A stretch of 46,754 bases of DNA from the NCBI GenBank assembly GCA_965369655.1, contig CBDUQR010000021.1, positions 1-46,754 on the forward strand, read 5' to 3'. Within the stretch, counting starts at the first letter, position 1; the number at the start of each line of letters is the position of its first letter. Positions 27,481 through 36,296 of the stretch are shown here, in pieces. The position numbers and the translations under genes are program-made. A model generated the notes under the pieces. It saw only the letters and a program-made list of their open reading frames with translations, made no database searches and was not told the origin of the DNA. The DNA comes from an uncultured bacterium. GTDB taxonomy: Bacteria; Zixibacteria; MSB-5A5; JAABVY01; JAHJOQ01.

Positions 27481-29721
27481 CTATAGATCATTGATCTTGA
27501 GGACTACCACAGTCATGTCGTCTTCAGCCGAGCGTCCTTTGGAAAAGCCCCGCACTTCAGAAATGACTGATTCTGTAAGTTTCTGCGGGGAGAGAGACTT
27601 GCTTTTCTTTACGAATTCGACGAGCCGCACCTCGCCATACTCCTCATCCTTCTTGTCATGCGCCTCGTTCAGCCCATCCGTATAAAAGAAGACCAGATCA
27701 CCGGGTGACAACTGGAACGTATCGTATTCGTACTTCGCACTCTCGAATGCGCCGACCAGCAGCCCGCCTGTCTCGAGGTATTCAATCTTGCCATCCTTGT
27801 GAATGACGAACGGGTAATTGTGGCCGGCATTGCAGTATGAGAGCTTCAGTGTCTCGCTGTCGAGTTCGGCGTAAAATAGTGTCACAAACTTCTCAGGAGA
27901 TGATGACGTCGCTATCAGGTAGTTGGCGTTTGCAATTATCTCGGAGAGCGAACGATCGTGACGAACCTCCGATCTGAGTGTAGCCTGCAGTTGCGAAATC
28001 ATCAGGGCTGCCGGCATCCCCTTGCCCGATGCATCGGCGACCACCACGCCTATGGTATTCCGCGCAGTGTTGAGGAAATCGTAATAGTCTCCGCCGACAT
28101 GCCTTGCGGGTTCTGTGAATGCGGCAAACTCAAATCGGTCGCTGCACGGCAGAGCCTTCGGAAGAAGATCGTTCTGGATCTGTCTCGCGAGCGTCATCTC
28201 CTTTTCGAGACGCTGTTTCTCAAGTGACTCCTGATAGAGCCAGACATTGGTTAGCGCGGTCGTCAACTGGTTGCCCAGTATATTGAGCGTGGTCATGTCT
28301 TCGTAGTTGTAACTAAAACCGGAGACCTTCGGAGCAAGCCCGATGAATCCGAGTGTGCCTTTTGAATCGTGCAGGGGGACAATAAGCCTGCAACGTGTGT
28401 TTCTGATGTACTTCCAGCACTCCGATTCCTCCGGGATAGCGTCGCCGAGGTCCTCGATCGGCACCGGTTTCTGATGCTGTCTCAGGTGCTCAAGGAGCTG
28501 ATCTTCAGAGCCGAGTTGGAGCAACTGAGATTGAGAGTCGTCGCTGGCTGCAAATGAGAAGCTCCCGGTGGTCGAGTCTCTCAGGCAAAACCAGACATCT
28601 TCGACGAGCATCTGGTTTTTCAGTATCCGTGTCACGTTCGACTTGAGCAGATCGAGTTCAAACACGGACGTAAGATGCGCCGATATCTGTTCGGTGATAT
28701 TCCTGAAGTCAGCCTTGTCGCGAATGAAAAAACGTTTTATCAGATTGTCGAACCAGTTCATGATGGGCTGGAAGAATATCAGCGCGATAATAATAAACGC
28801 GACATCGATAATCGGCGCATCCCGGCCGAGAATGCTCCTCGTGATTTTTCCGAGCTGGCTGATCACAAGCATGTAAAGCCCAACGAGGACACCCGACGTA
28901 ACGGTGTAGACAAGGGACTGCCTGACAATAAGCCTGATGTCGAGAAACTGATAGCGGATTATCGAGTAAACAATCGATCCAGCTCCCGTCAGGAGTGAGA
29001 TCATCGAGACCGTCTTCTGGAAGTTCTCTCCGAAATCGAAAACTCCAAGCGCAGGCAGAATGAATGCTACGATATACAGCCCGACAGCGGTTCTGATGCC
29101 CCATATCACAATCGATGTCTGAGTCTTGAGCCGCTTATCGGTTACCGCTCTGTATCCCTGATACAGCAACAGAGATGCAATCAGCACATAGACCAGATTG
29201 ACCACCGCGAAGAATTCGAGATGGAATCTGATCATCGAGCCAAGAATCGCTCCCAGGAGTTTGGTTCCCAGCGCGAGCGGCTCGAATATCCATCTGAGAG
29301 TCTCCGGCGGGTTCTCGACCGTCAGCCAACTCATGATCCTGCTCGGATTGTAGAAAAATGTCGCCAGGATGACATGAAAAACGTGCGGCACGAATATCAG
29401 GTATTTCGACCTTGGATGCCTGGCGACAAACGATTGCTCGACCGGGAAAACCATCGCAAAAAGAATCAACTGGGGAAAGAAGAGTTCCCAGACCAGCGAC
29501 AAACCTCTTACTGTCTCCCCGGGACCGGATGTGCCTGATGTGATTTCAAAGAAAGTGCCGACAGCCTCGGCGAGCGGGCCGAGAGCCACGAGAATCAACA
29601 TCAGCCCAGTGACTCGGTTCAGCCGTCGTCGTGGATTGTCCTTCAGAACCACGGTGCCGAATAGTAGCAACAGCACCGCGCTGATGAAGAAAATCACTGA
29701 AACGAACAACTGATAGGTCAT
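27481..29721 (-). CDS. RsbU/SpoIIE-type PP2C phosphatase with multi-TM sensor and GAF domain
   Basis: VGGDYYD, VADASGKGMPAAL, NAGH, YTDGL, DDMT; about 9 TM segments at the N-terminus; GAF-like LIVPL...GFIGL. Confidence 0.9.
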   Translation of the reverse strand: MTYQLFVSVIFFISAVLLLLFGTVVLKDNPRRRLNRVTGLMLILVALGPLAEAVGTFFEITSGTSGPGETVRGLSLVWELFFPQLILFAMVFPVEQSFVARHPRSKYLIFVPHVFHVILATFFYNPSRIMSWLTVENPPETLRWIFEPLALGTKLLGAILGSMIRFHLEFFAVVNLVYVLIASLLLYQGYRAVTDKRLKTQTSIVIWGIRTAVGLYIVAFILPALGVFDFGENFQKTVSMISLLTGAGSIVYSIIRYQFLDIRLIVRQSLVYTVTSGVLVGLYMLVISQLGKITRSILGRDAPIIDVAFIIIALIFFQPIMNWFDNLIKRFFIRDKADFRNITEQISAHLTSVFELDLLKSNVTRILKNQMLVEDVWFCLRDSTTGSFSFAASDDSQSQLLQLGSEDQLLEHLRQHQKPVPIEDLGDAIPEESECWKYIRNTRCRLIVPLHDSKGTLGFIGLAPKVSGFSYNYEDMTTLNILGNQLTTALTNVWLYQESLEKQRLEKEMTLARQIQNDLLPKALPCSDRFEFAAFTEPARHVGGDYYDFLNTARNTIGVVVADASGKGMPAALMISQLQATLRSEVRHDRSLSEIIANANYLIATSSSPEKFVTLFYAELDSETLKLSYCNAGHNYPFVIHKDGKIEYLETGGLLVGAFESAKYEYDTFQLSPGDLVFFYTDGLNEAHDKKDEEYGEVRLVEFVKKSKSLSPQKLTESVISEVRGFSKGRSAEDDMTVVVLKINDL

Positions 29722-29729
29722 ACCAAACG

Positions 29730-30179
29730 CTACCTGGAACTGGTTGTTTCGATAAGATACTTGGTTAGCGTTGCCTTTGTGCCCCAGCCGGGTTCCGAGC
29801 CGAAGTCTAACTTGTCTACGAGGGATCGCGCGATGAATATCCCGCGGCCAACTTCTTTCAGCAGGTTCTCCTCAGCCAGAGGATCAGGTATCGAGGCGAG
29901 ATCGAATCCGGAACCCTGGTCGATTACATCGACCTCGATCTTTTTGTCATCGATAGAGAGGCGAATCTTCACTTCCCTGGTCGAGTCCCCTTTATTGCCA
30001 TGCAGTATGGCATTGTTTATCAGTTCGGTTGTCGAGATAGCGATATCATAGACGATGCTCTTTTCGAATCCTGCTTCCGTGAGGTGTGATTCGATGAAAT
30101 CGTCCGCCTCCGGCAGATGTTTCTGGGAATTGGGTATTGTGAGTTCTTTCTTCAGCTTATTCACGTTATCCTCTGACAT
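29730..30179 (-). CDS. rsbW: RsbW-like anti-sigma factor / serine kinase
   Basis: TELINNAILHGN, DQGSGFD, GRGIFI; start placed at ATG 30179, downstream of the hairpin. Confidence 0.85.
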   Translation of the reverse strand: MSEDNVNKLKKELTIPNSQKHLPEADDFIESHLTEAGFEKSIVYDIAISTTELINNAILHGNKGDSTREVKIRLSIDDKKIEVDVIDQGSGFDLASIPDPLAEENLLKEVGRGIFIARSLVDKLDFGSEPGWGTKATLTKYLIETTSSR

Positions 30180-30187
30180 GTTGGGGC

Positions 30188-30216
30188 AAAAAAAGGCAGG
30201 CACATGCCTGCCTTTT
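30188..30216 (-). terminator. Intrinsic terminator-like hairpin between rsbV and rsbW
   Basis: Minus strand reads AAAAGGCAGGCATGTGCCTGCCTTTTTTT: a GC-rich stem followed by a U-tract. Confidence 0.75.
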
Positions 30217-30233
30217 CCCACAACGGATCGAGT

Positions 30234-30578
30234 CTAATTCTCGGAGAATGATCCGACTGCTTCCTTGATCGAATCAAATGACTCGAAAACAGTCACCAGC
30301 TTGGTTATTGTCAGGAGTGACTCGATCTTGTCAGTTACGTTCGCGAGCCTGAGATCGCCATCGCAGTTTCTCATGGTTGTCAGGCCGGAGATTAGTATTC
30401 CGAGGCCGGTCGAGTTCATCCAGTCAACACCCGACAGATCGATGACAACGTGTTTCTTGTTGTGTTCCACCAGTTCGTGGAGTTTCTCATTCATCATTGT
30501 GGCATCCGGGCCGCCCATGATCTTGCCTTTCGGCTCCAGAATCACAATTCCGTCTTGTTCTCTTGTGCCGAGTTTCAT
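30234..30578 (-). CDS. rsbV: STAS-domain anti-anti-sigma factor (RsbV-like)
   Basis: IDLSGVDWMNSTGLGIL phosphoacceptor motif; strong SD (AGGAGG). Confidence 0.9.
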   Translation of the reverse strand: MKLGTREQDGIVILEPKGKIMGGPDATMMNEKLHELVEHNKKHVVIDLSGVDWMNSTGLGILISGLTTMRNCDGDLRLANVTDKIESLLTITKLVTVFESFDSIKEAVGSFSEN

Positions 30579-30698
30579 ACAATTCCTCCTCGCTATCTAT
30601 TAATACGACATCATATTAGCATTGTTGCGGAACGCCATAAACGAAAACTGTCTGAAGGCGAATGACCCTGAGCTGGCGAGATAACCGACATGGAAGCT

Positions 30699-31109
30699 CT
30701 ATTTGAAGAGAGCCTTGATTTTTCCCCAGGTAGACTGCCTGACTTCGAGAGAGGTCTTGACAGAAAGATCTATTCTCGTATTGCCCGACCTCGCATTGAA
30801 ACTCGGCTCAGCCTTGCGACCGTCGACATAGATAGTGATGACGTCATCTTCGCTGTGAAAGCCATTCACATCAGGCTTCTGCTGGTCATATGCGTGGATA
30901 ACCATCGAGTACGATCCGGAGTGGCTCACGGTTGTTCTGGCGACTTCGTCGGCGCCGATGACAGCCACCAGTTCCATACCGACAGCGGCGGGTGAACCAT
31001 CGATCCTGAGCGATCCGTGGACCTTACAATCCTCTATGAGCGTAAAGGCTGACAGCACTGCCGCTATACAGAGAATTCCCACTATTGTCGATAGTACAAG
31101 TCTTCTCAT
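30699..31109 (-). CDS. Small secreted protein with C-terminal STWGKIKALFK motif
   Basis: Signal peptide MRRLVLSTIVGILCIAAVLSA; beta-rich body; has its own consensus promoter. Confidence 0.8.
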   Translation of the reverse strand: MRRLVLSTIVGILCIAAVLSAFTLIEDCKVHGSLRIDGSPAAVGMELVAVIGADEVARTTVSHSGSYSMVIHAYDQQKPDVNGFHSEDDVITIYVDGRKAEPSFNARSGNTRIDLSVKTSLEVRQSTWGKIKALFK

Positions 31110-31134
31110 TTATAAACTACCTGTCTCCGGGTCG

Positions 31135-31163
31135 ATTATAACGACGGTATCCCGGATTGTCAA
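31135..31163 (-). promoter_or_regulatory. Perfect sigma70-type promoter
   Basis: Minus strand TTGACA-17 nt-TATAAT, with the -10 box ending 25 nt upstream of the 31109 start. Confidence 0.85.
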
Positions 31164-31214
31164 GGCTAAAAACTGCACTGATTGTCCGGAAATACCGGAG
31201 CAGGACAGCACCAG

Positions 31215-33524
31215 CTACCACCACGACCAGAACTCGACCCTGAAAAACCTCGTAAGCGACCGAATGAGCTTGCCCCCGAGACTTCGCTTCCCACAATAGA
31301 TTTTCGCATATCCGGACATCCCCGAACGCAAAATGCCGTCAGGATTATGTACGACGCTTATCGCCGTGAAAATGCTCATCTCGCCATCATCAGCCACTGT
31401 CTCCTGGATGCTGACGACTCGTCCCTCGAAATCCATGGTGGGATAGCTCGCGACTTTCAGGATCACCTTCTGATCTGTCGTCACAATGTCGAGGTCCTCT
31501 TCAGGAACAACAATCCTGACCTCGATTGTGTCTGTTCGCTTAAGTGAAATGATCTCGCCCGGTCTTCGAGATGTACTGATCACGCCTCCGAACGGGGCTG
31601 TGAATGTCGAGGCGTCGATCTGCTCCAACAGATACGACTTTCGGGCTTCAAGGCGCTCGAACTCGGCTTCAAGCACCGAAATCTCTTCAGCTTTTGGTCC
31701 GGATTTCAATAGTTCGTATCTGGATTCGGCGATCTGTACCTGTTTCTCGGCGACATCCCTTTCGGTGCGCGCGCTGTCCCATGCATCTTTGGATATCAAT
31801 CCCTTGTCATACATTTCCTGGGCTCGTTTATATTCATTCGCGGCGCGCCTCCGGCGGAACCTGGCCTCATCTACTTCCGCTCTGGCCTTTGTGATTTCGG
31901 CCGATTTCGGATCCGAAAGCAAGAGATTCAACTCCGCGTGTGCCTTGTCGAGCTCCGATTCGATCTCGGCGAGCTGTCCACTGTAGAGATTAGATGATAC
32001 AGATAGCAGTGTGTCCCCCTCGGCCACAGTTGCGCCATTCTCGACCAGCGGTTCCAGCTTGAAGACCGAGAAATCGGCAGATGCGAGCTGGCAGACTCTC
32101 TCGTTGCGGAATTGCCTATCTCCGCCCGCGAAATAGATTGATTTGAGGACATTCTCTTCGGGCATCAGAATCGTGAAGCTCTCGATCGGGCTGAGTCTCG
32201 CCTGAGAGGAGACCCGGAGTTCTGTACGCACCACGATAAGCAACAGAATCAGAACGAGCAGAAGAATGCTCCAGGCGATTGTCCGTTTTCGACTGATTTT
32301 TCCGACAGCGTCCTCCCTGACAGCCTTTACGACATCAGAAGCCAGTCCGCGCAACGGCGGGCCAAGAACTACAGCAAGGATTGCTACGAACAGAAGAAAG
32401 CCGGTTCCGCCCCACTTGTCAAGCAGCATGGCAAAAAGCAGCGAACCGAGGTATATCAGAAGAATGGCAGTATAGACAATCGCCGCCAAACTGTATGCGA
32501 TGTAAATCCTTCTCTCCCTTGAAGAAACATCATGGCCGGACGTCTCGATCCCCAGCGTGAACTTCAGCAGCAGCCGTCTCAGATGGCCGAATGCCTTGCG
32601 TCTCAAGTTGGGTATTCCTGTCAGGTCGGTCAGGAAATAGTATCCGTCAAGCTTCAGGAGCGGATTGAGGTTGAAAACGAGCGTGCCGAATGAGACGACC
32701 ACGATCACGAACAGCAGGTCGGAGAGCGGCGTGCCCAGTTTCGATATCCGCCAGAGGATCAGGCTGAGCGATCCGAGGAGTATCTGGAAATACATCCCGG
32801 CTAAGATTGTGTAAATCCTGTGGGCTTTCTTCGGAAACATATATGAATCCGAGAGATTGCAATAGAATGCCGGCTGGAAATAGATCAGCAGGAATCCCAT
32901 CTCAGTCACACGGCCGCCATACCGCCGACAGACGACCGCATGCGCGAATTCATGCACCACGATCACGATGAACAAAGCTGCCACGAATACAACGATTGTC
33001 GAGAGTCTGAGAATATCTATCGCGCTGTACGGGATACTGTTCGGCAACGTTGTCAGAATGTAGAATCCGATTCCGATCGGGACAAGCGACAGAATCAGGA
33101 AAACCGGCGAAAATACGAATCGCAGCCTTATGTAGAGCCAGTCCACGAATCTCTCGGGATTGAATGCTCTGAATCTCAGGAAGAATAATGATTGCGGTTT
33201 TTTCTTGTGATCGCGTTCGAGACGATCAGATTGATCGCCGGGTTTCTCGCCTTCAAGGAAATGGAATTTCTCGAGTTGACCGATGAACGCCTCAATTGCC
33301 GACGATGGCAGATCAACACTCGTCTCGTCACGAACGATGCCGCTTATCTCATCCGATGTACGCTGCCCGTCGAGGGATCGGAGGATGACATACTCCGGTT
33401 CTCTGAGCCGTACGTATTTCCCGCTGTCAGGATCGGCAATGACATAGTATATCTGCCCCGATTCTTCCTGCTTCGATACGCGAAGATCGGTACGCGCTTT
33501 CGGTCGCATCATCACGACCAACAT
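31215..33524 (-). CDS. PqqD/RRE-like + M50 site-2 metalloprotease + HlyD membrane-fusion protein fusion
   Basis: N-terminal YYVIADP...LDGQRT wHTH-like domain; HEFAH; NLNPLLKLDGY; lipoyl-like V..G..V.EGD.L; long coiled coil; APFGG; LRSGMSG. Start may be 33512 or 33509. Confidence 0.85.
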   Translation of the reverse strand: MLVVMMRPKARTDLRVSKQEESGQIYYVIADPDSGKYVRLREPEYVILRSLDGQRTSDEISGIVRDETSVDLPSSAIEAFIGQLEKFHFLEGEKPGDQSDRLERDHKKKPQSLFFLRFRAFNPERFVDWLYIRLRFVFSPVFLILSLVPIGIGFYILTTLPNSIPYSAIDILRLSTIVVFVAALFIVIVVHEFAHAVVCRRYGGRVTEMGFLLIYFQPAFYCNLSDSYMFPKKAHRIYTILAGMYFQILLGSLSLILWRISKLGTPLSDLLFVIVVVSFGTLVFNLNPLLKLDGYYFLTDLTGIPNLRRKAFGHLRRLLLKFTLGIETSGHDVSSRERRIYIAYSLAAIVYTAILLIYLGSLLFAMLLDKWGGTGFLLFVAILAVVLGPPLRGLASDVVKAVREDAVGKISRKRTIAWSILLLVLILLLIVVRTELRVSSQARLSPIESFTILMPEENVLKSIYFAGGDRQFRNERVCQLASADFSVFKLEPLVENGATVAEGDTLLSVSSNLYSGQLAEIESELDKAHAELNLLLSDPKSAEITKARAEVDEARFRRRRAANEYKRAQEMYDKGLISKDAWDSARTERDVAEKQVQIAESRYELLKSGPKAEEISVLEAEFERLEARKSYLLEQIDASTFTAPFGGVISTSRRPGEIISLKRTDTIEVRIVVPEEDLDIVTTDQKVILKVASYPTMDFEGRVVSIQETVADDGEMSIFTAISVVHNPDGILRSGMSGYAKIYCGKRSLGGKLIRSLTRFFRVEFWSWW

Positions 33525-33530
33525 TGTTGC

Positions 33531-33641
33531 TGCTGGTCTTGTGAATCAGCGTATGCGGATTCATGTGACCTGCCGCTCATGTCTAATATATGCTTACGTG
33601 TCAGGTCACAATCCTGCTGAAGCAGGATCAAGGCCTGACAC
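33531..33641. repeat. Inverted pair of REP-like hairpins
   Basis: GTGTCAGGTCACAATCCTGCTGAAGCAGGATCAAGGCCTGACAC (33598-33641) and a degenerate inverted copy at about 33531-33574. Confidence 0.6.
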
Positions 33642-33672
33642 AACTTAGGATGAAACGCTTTCGGCTGAGTCA

Positions 33673-35448
33673 TCACGACCTCGACATCTTGTTGAGCAGT
33701 CTCTTGTGATATGCCCTGAAGATGTCAGTTTTTTTCAGTATTCCGACCATTTTGCTCGGCTGGCCACGTTCCACTACAGGGATAAACTCAAGGTCCCGCA
33801 ATGCAAATTTCTCCAGTGCAACATCGAGAGTATTGTCGGGGAACAGGACAGGCGGGTCGGTATTGCAAAGCTCCTGCGCTATCACCAGACTGTCGAGTCC
33901 AACGCGGCCGCGGCTGAAGAGTATCGTACGCAGATCCTGGAAAGAGAGCGTGCCGACTATATGACCTTTGTAATCGACAACCGGAAAGAAACTCGATCGC
34001 GAGTTCTCCATGATGTTGAAAACCTGGCTGATCGGACTTGTGTCTCGGATGGTGTCGTAGTCGCGGTGCATCACTTCCTCGACACGGATCGATTCCATGA
34101 CATCCTTGTCGCGACCGCCGAGCAGGTTGATCCCTCGCCTGGCGAGCTTGAGCGTGTATATCGATTCGGAACTCATCCTGCTCGCTACCAGCGTCGAGGA
34201 TACCACCACTATCATCAATGGCAGTATGATCCTGTAGTCGCCGGTCATCTCGAAAATTATCAGCAGCGCGGTAATCGGCGCGTAGGTCGTACCCGCCACC
34301 ACGGCGGCCATGCCGACCAGCGCGTATGCTCCCGATGATGCCGTGACTGTCGGGAACAGATGATGCACGAATTCGCCATAGAGACCACCGGCGACCGCGC
34401 CCATGAACAGCGAGGGCGCGAAAATCCCGCCTGAATTGCCCGATCCGAGAGTGAATGACGTCGCAAGAATCTTGAGCAGAACTAAAGCCGCGAGCAACTG
34501 CATCGAAAGTTCGCCATGCATCGCGTTCGTGATCGTTTCATAGCCATCCGAAAAGACCTGCGGGAAGAACAAGCCAATCGCTCCAACACCGAGACCGCCG
34601 AGTATCGGCTTTAGCGGACCGGGGATTTTGAATGAATCGAATCGATCTTCAGAGAAATACAGCAGCTTCGTAAATGCGAGAGCGACAAACGCGCAGGCAA
34701 CGCCGAGTCCGATGTACAGCGGGATCTCCCACACCGACACGAGCGCGTATGTCGGCACCTCGAATGCCGGGCTGTCGCCGAGGAATGCGCGCGACACCAC
34801 CGAGGCGATCACCGATGAGAAAATCACCGGGCTGAATGTCTTGATGGCGTAATCGCCGAGTATGATTTCGAGCGAGAATATCACGCCTGCAATTGGAGCG
34901 TTGAACACTGCGGATATGCCAGCCGCTGCGCCGCATCCGACGAGGACTTTGACGCGCGAGCCGGACATGCGGAATAGTTGTCCGATTACCGAGCCGATGG
35001 TCGAGCCGATCTGGATGATTGGACCCTCGCGGCCAGCCGATCCGCCTGATCCGATACAGAGCGCCGACGCTATCGATTTCGCGATTGCCACTCGCGGTCG
35101 GATGATGCCGCCTTTCAGCGCGACAGCTTCCATGACTTCCGGAACGCCGTGGCCTTTGGCTTCTTTGGCGAACTTGTAGACAATTGGGCCGGCTAAAAGT
35201 CCACCCATCGCAGGGACCAGGATCACCCAGAAATCGCCGGATGTTACCATGTGGTTCAGGAAGAACAAGCTCTCGCCGAAGAAGAGCTGTTTGGCTTGTT
35301 GGATCAGCCAGATGAATAGCACCGCTGCGAGACCGGTCGAGACGCCGACTGCCGATGCGAGCACGAGCAGAAGCGCAGTCTCGGACCGTTTCACCCGCCT
35401 CGTGAACCGGTGATAGACCATCCTGGCATACTTCACATAGTACTTCAT
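33673..35448 (-). CDS. ClC chloride channel/antiporter with C-terminal CBS pair
   Basis: GHGVPE, GSAGREGP, FNAPIAG, GGIFAP, SIYTLKL and CBS domains. Confidence 0.93.
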   Translation of the reverse strand: MKYYVKYARMVYHRFTRRVKRSETALLLVLASAVGVSTGLAAVLFIWLIQQAKQLFFGESLFFLNHMVTSGDFWVILVPAMGGLLAGPIVYKFAKEAKGHGVPEVMEAVALKGGIIRPRVAIAKSIASALCIGSGGSAGREGPIIQIGSTIGSVIGQLFRMSGSRVKVLVGCGAAAGISAVFNAPIAGVIFSLEIILGDYAIKTFSPVIFSSVIASVVSRAFLGDSPAFEVPTYALVSVWEIPLYIGLGVACAFVALAFTKLLYFSEDRFDSFKIPGPLKPILGGLGVGAIGLFFPQVFSDGYETITNAMHGELSMQLLAALVLLKILATSFTLGSGNSGGIFAPSLFMGAVAGGLYGEFVHHLFPTVTASSGAYALVGMAAVVAGTTYAPITALLIIFEMTGDYRIILPLMIVVVSSTLVASRMSSESIYTLKLARRGINLLGGRDKDVMESIRVEEVMHRDYDTIRDTSPISQVFNIMENSRSSFFPVVDYKGHIVGTLSFQDLRTILFSRGRVGLDSLVIAQELCNTDPPVLFPDNTLDVALEKFALRDLEFIPVVERGQPSKMVGILKKTDIFRAYHKRLLNKMSRS

Positions 35449-35458
35449 GGCGTTTGTG

Positions 35459-35486
35459 AGTATACAATGTTTTGAGAATATATCAA
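35459..35486 (-). promoter_or_regulatory. sigma70-type promoter of the ClC gene
   Basis: Minus strand TTGATA-16 nt-TATACT, ending 10 nt before the ATG. Confidence 0.6.
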
Positions 35487-35499
35487 TCCGATTCTGGGA

Positions 35500-35529
35500 T
35501 TGACAATGTGGGAGTCTACTGTTTATTGT
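35500..35529 (+). promoter_or_regulatory. Divergent sigma70-like promoter
   Basis: TTGACA-18 nt-TATTGT, back to back with the ClC promoter. Confidence 0.4.
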
Positions 35530-35604
35530 AATCGCAGTCGATTATTGGATGCGAAGAAATCACATGGGAGTGTTGAAAACCCCTCGCCTGAAACGTGTCT
35601 GAGA

Positions 35605-35643
35605 TGTCGTCATCGCGTGGAGTGAAAGCGACGTGGCGATCTC
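35605..35643 (+). repeat. Degenerate palindromic intergenic repeat (TGTCATTGCGAGGAGCGAAGCGACGTGGCAATCTC-like)
   Basis: GTCATCGCGTGGAGTGAAAGCGACGTGGCGATCTC; family recognised from memory, single copy in this window. Confidence 0.45.
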
Positions 35644-35663
35644 AACTTGTCAAATATAGTACA

Positions 35664-35690
35664 GGCGGCAGGCATCCTTGTCTGCCCCAT
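35664..35690 (+). repeat. Degenerate copy of the GGCGGCAGAC...GTCTGCCCCAT REP
   Basis: GGCGGCAGGCATCCTTGTCTGCCCCAT versus GGCGGCAGACGTCCTCGTCTGCCCCAT. Confidence 0.7.
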
Positions 35691-35727
35691 AGCCACCTGC
35701 CATTCCTATCAGAAGCGATTCTGAGGA

Positions 35728-36075
35728 TTATTCTTTCAGGTTTTCTTTCCAGAACGGATTTCGCTCGATGACTTCCGGTGGTAATTCATCGATGTAGAGT
35801 TTGTTCTTCTGCAGGTATTCGAACAGAGCGGTGAAATACAGATATTGGCCGGATACGTGCTTCTCATCGATGCGACTCACAAACTGTTCGGCTGCTGTTG
35901 GCGTAATTATCTTCTGCAGCGCATGAGCCGCTCTTTCACGGACATCACTGTCGTCATCATCAAGCCGAGCTAGCAAAGGATCAACTGCCCTTTCACTGCC
36001 AGTGCTGCCAAGCGCGTTGAGCGCTTTCAAGAACTCGTTAAGGACGGCATGTCTCCCGAGGAGGCTAAGGAACAA
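35728..36075 (-). CDS. HEAT/PBS-lyase repeat protein, probably an N-terminally truncated fragment
   Basis: ALGSTGSERAVDPLLARLDDDDSDVRERAAHAL is a HEAT repeat; weak non-ATG start. Confidence 0.55.
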   Translation of the reverse strand: MFLSLLGRHAVLNEFLKALNALGSTGSERAVDPLLARLDDDDSDVRERAAHALQKIITPTAAEQFVSRIDEKHVSGQYLYFTALFEYLQKNKLYIDELPPEVIERNPFWKENLKE

Positions 36076-36296
36076 CTCAAGCGCGAGGAATTATAGTTCC
36101 GTGGCTCTTCTAAAGAGAAGCGACGAGTGTCTTCTTTCGCAGGGTGTATGTTCCGGCACATGTGGACATGTACCGTGCACGGTATCTCGACGCCGACCGT
36201 GCGCAATCTGCTTGTCTTTTCGTAGCTGCGGGCTATATTGTCGGAAGAAATGACACCCACTGTGTTAATACCACTGTGTCTGTCGAGGGAAGAATC

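Noticed and set aside
35449-35600. Fluoride riboswitch upstream of the ClC gene
   Set aside because: No crcB-motif consensus, almost no leader, and the protein has GREGP plus CBS domains rather than CLC-F signatures
36144-36296. N-terminal extensions given by the ORF track (C10 peptidase; likewise tex, the SBBP protein, rsbW and the GT4 at 7071)
   Set aside because: Downstream ATGs give proper signal peptides, family-typical N-termini, SD spacing or stop/start overlap
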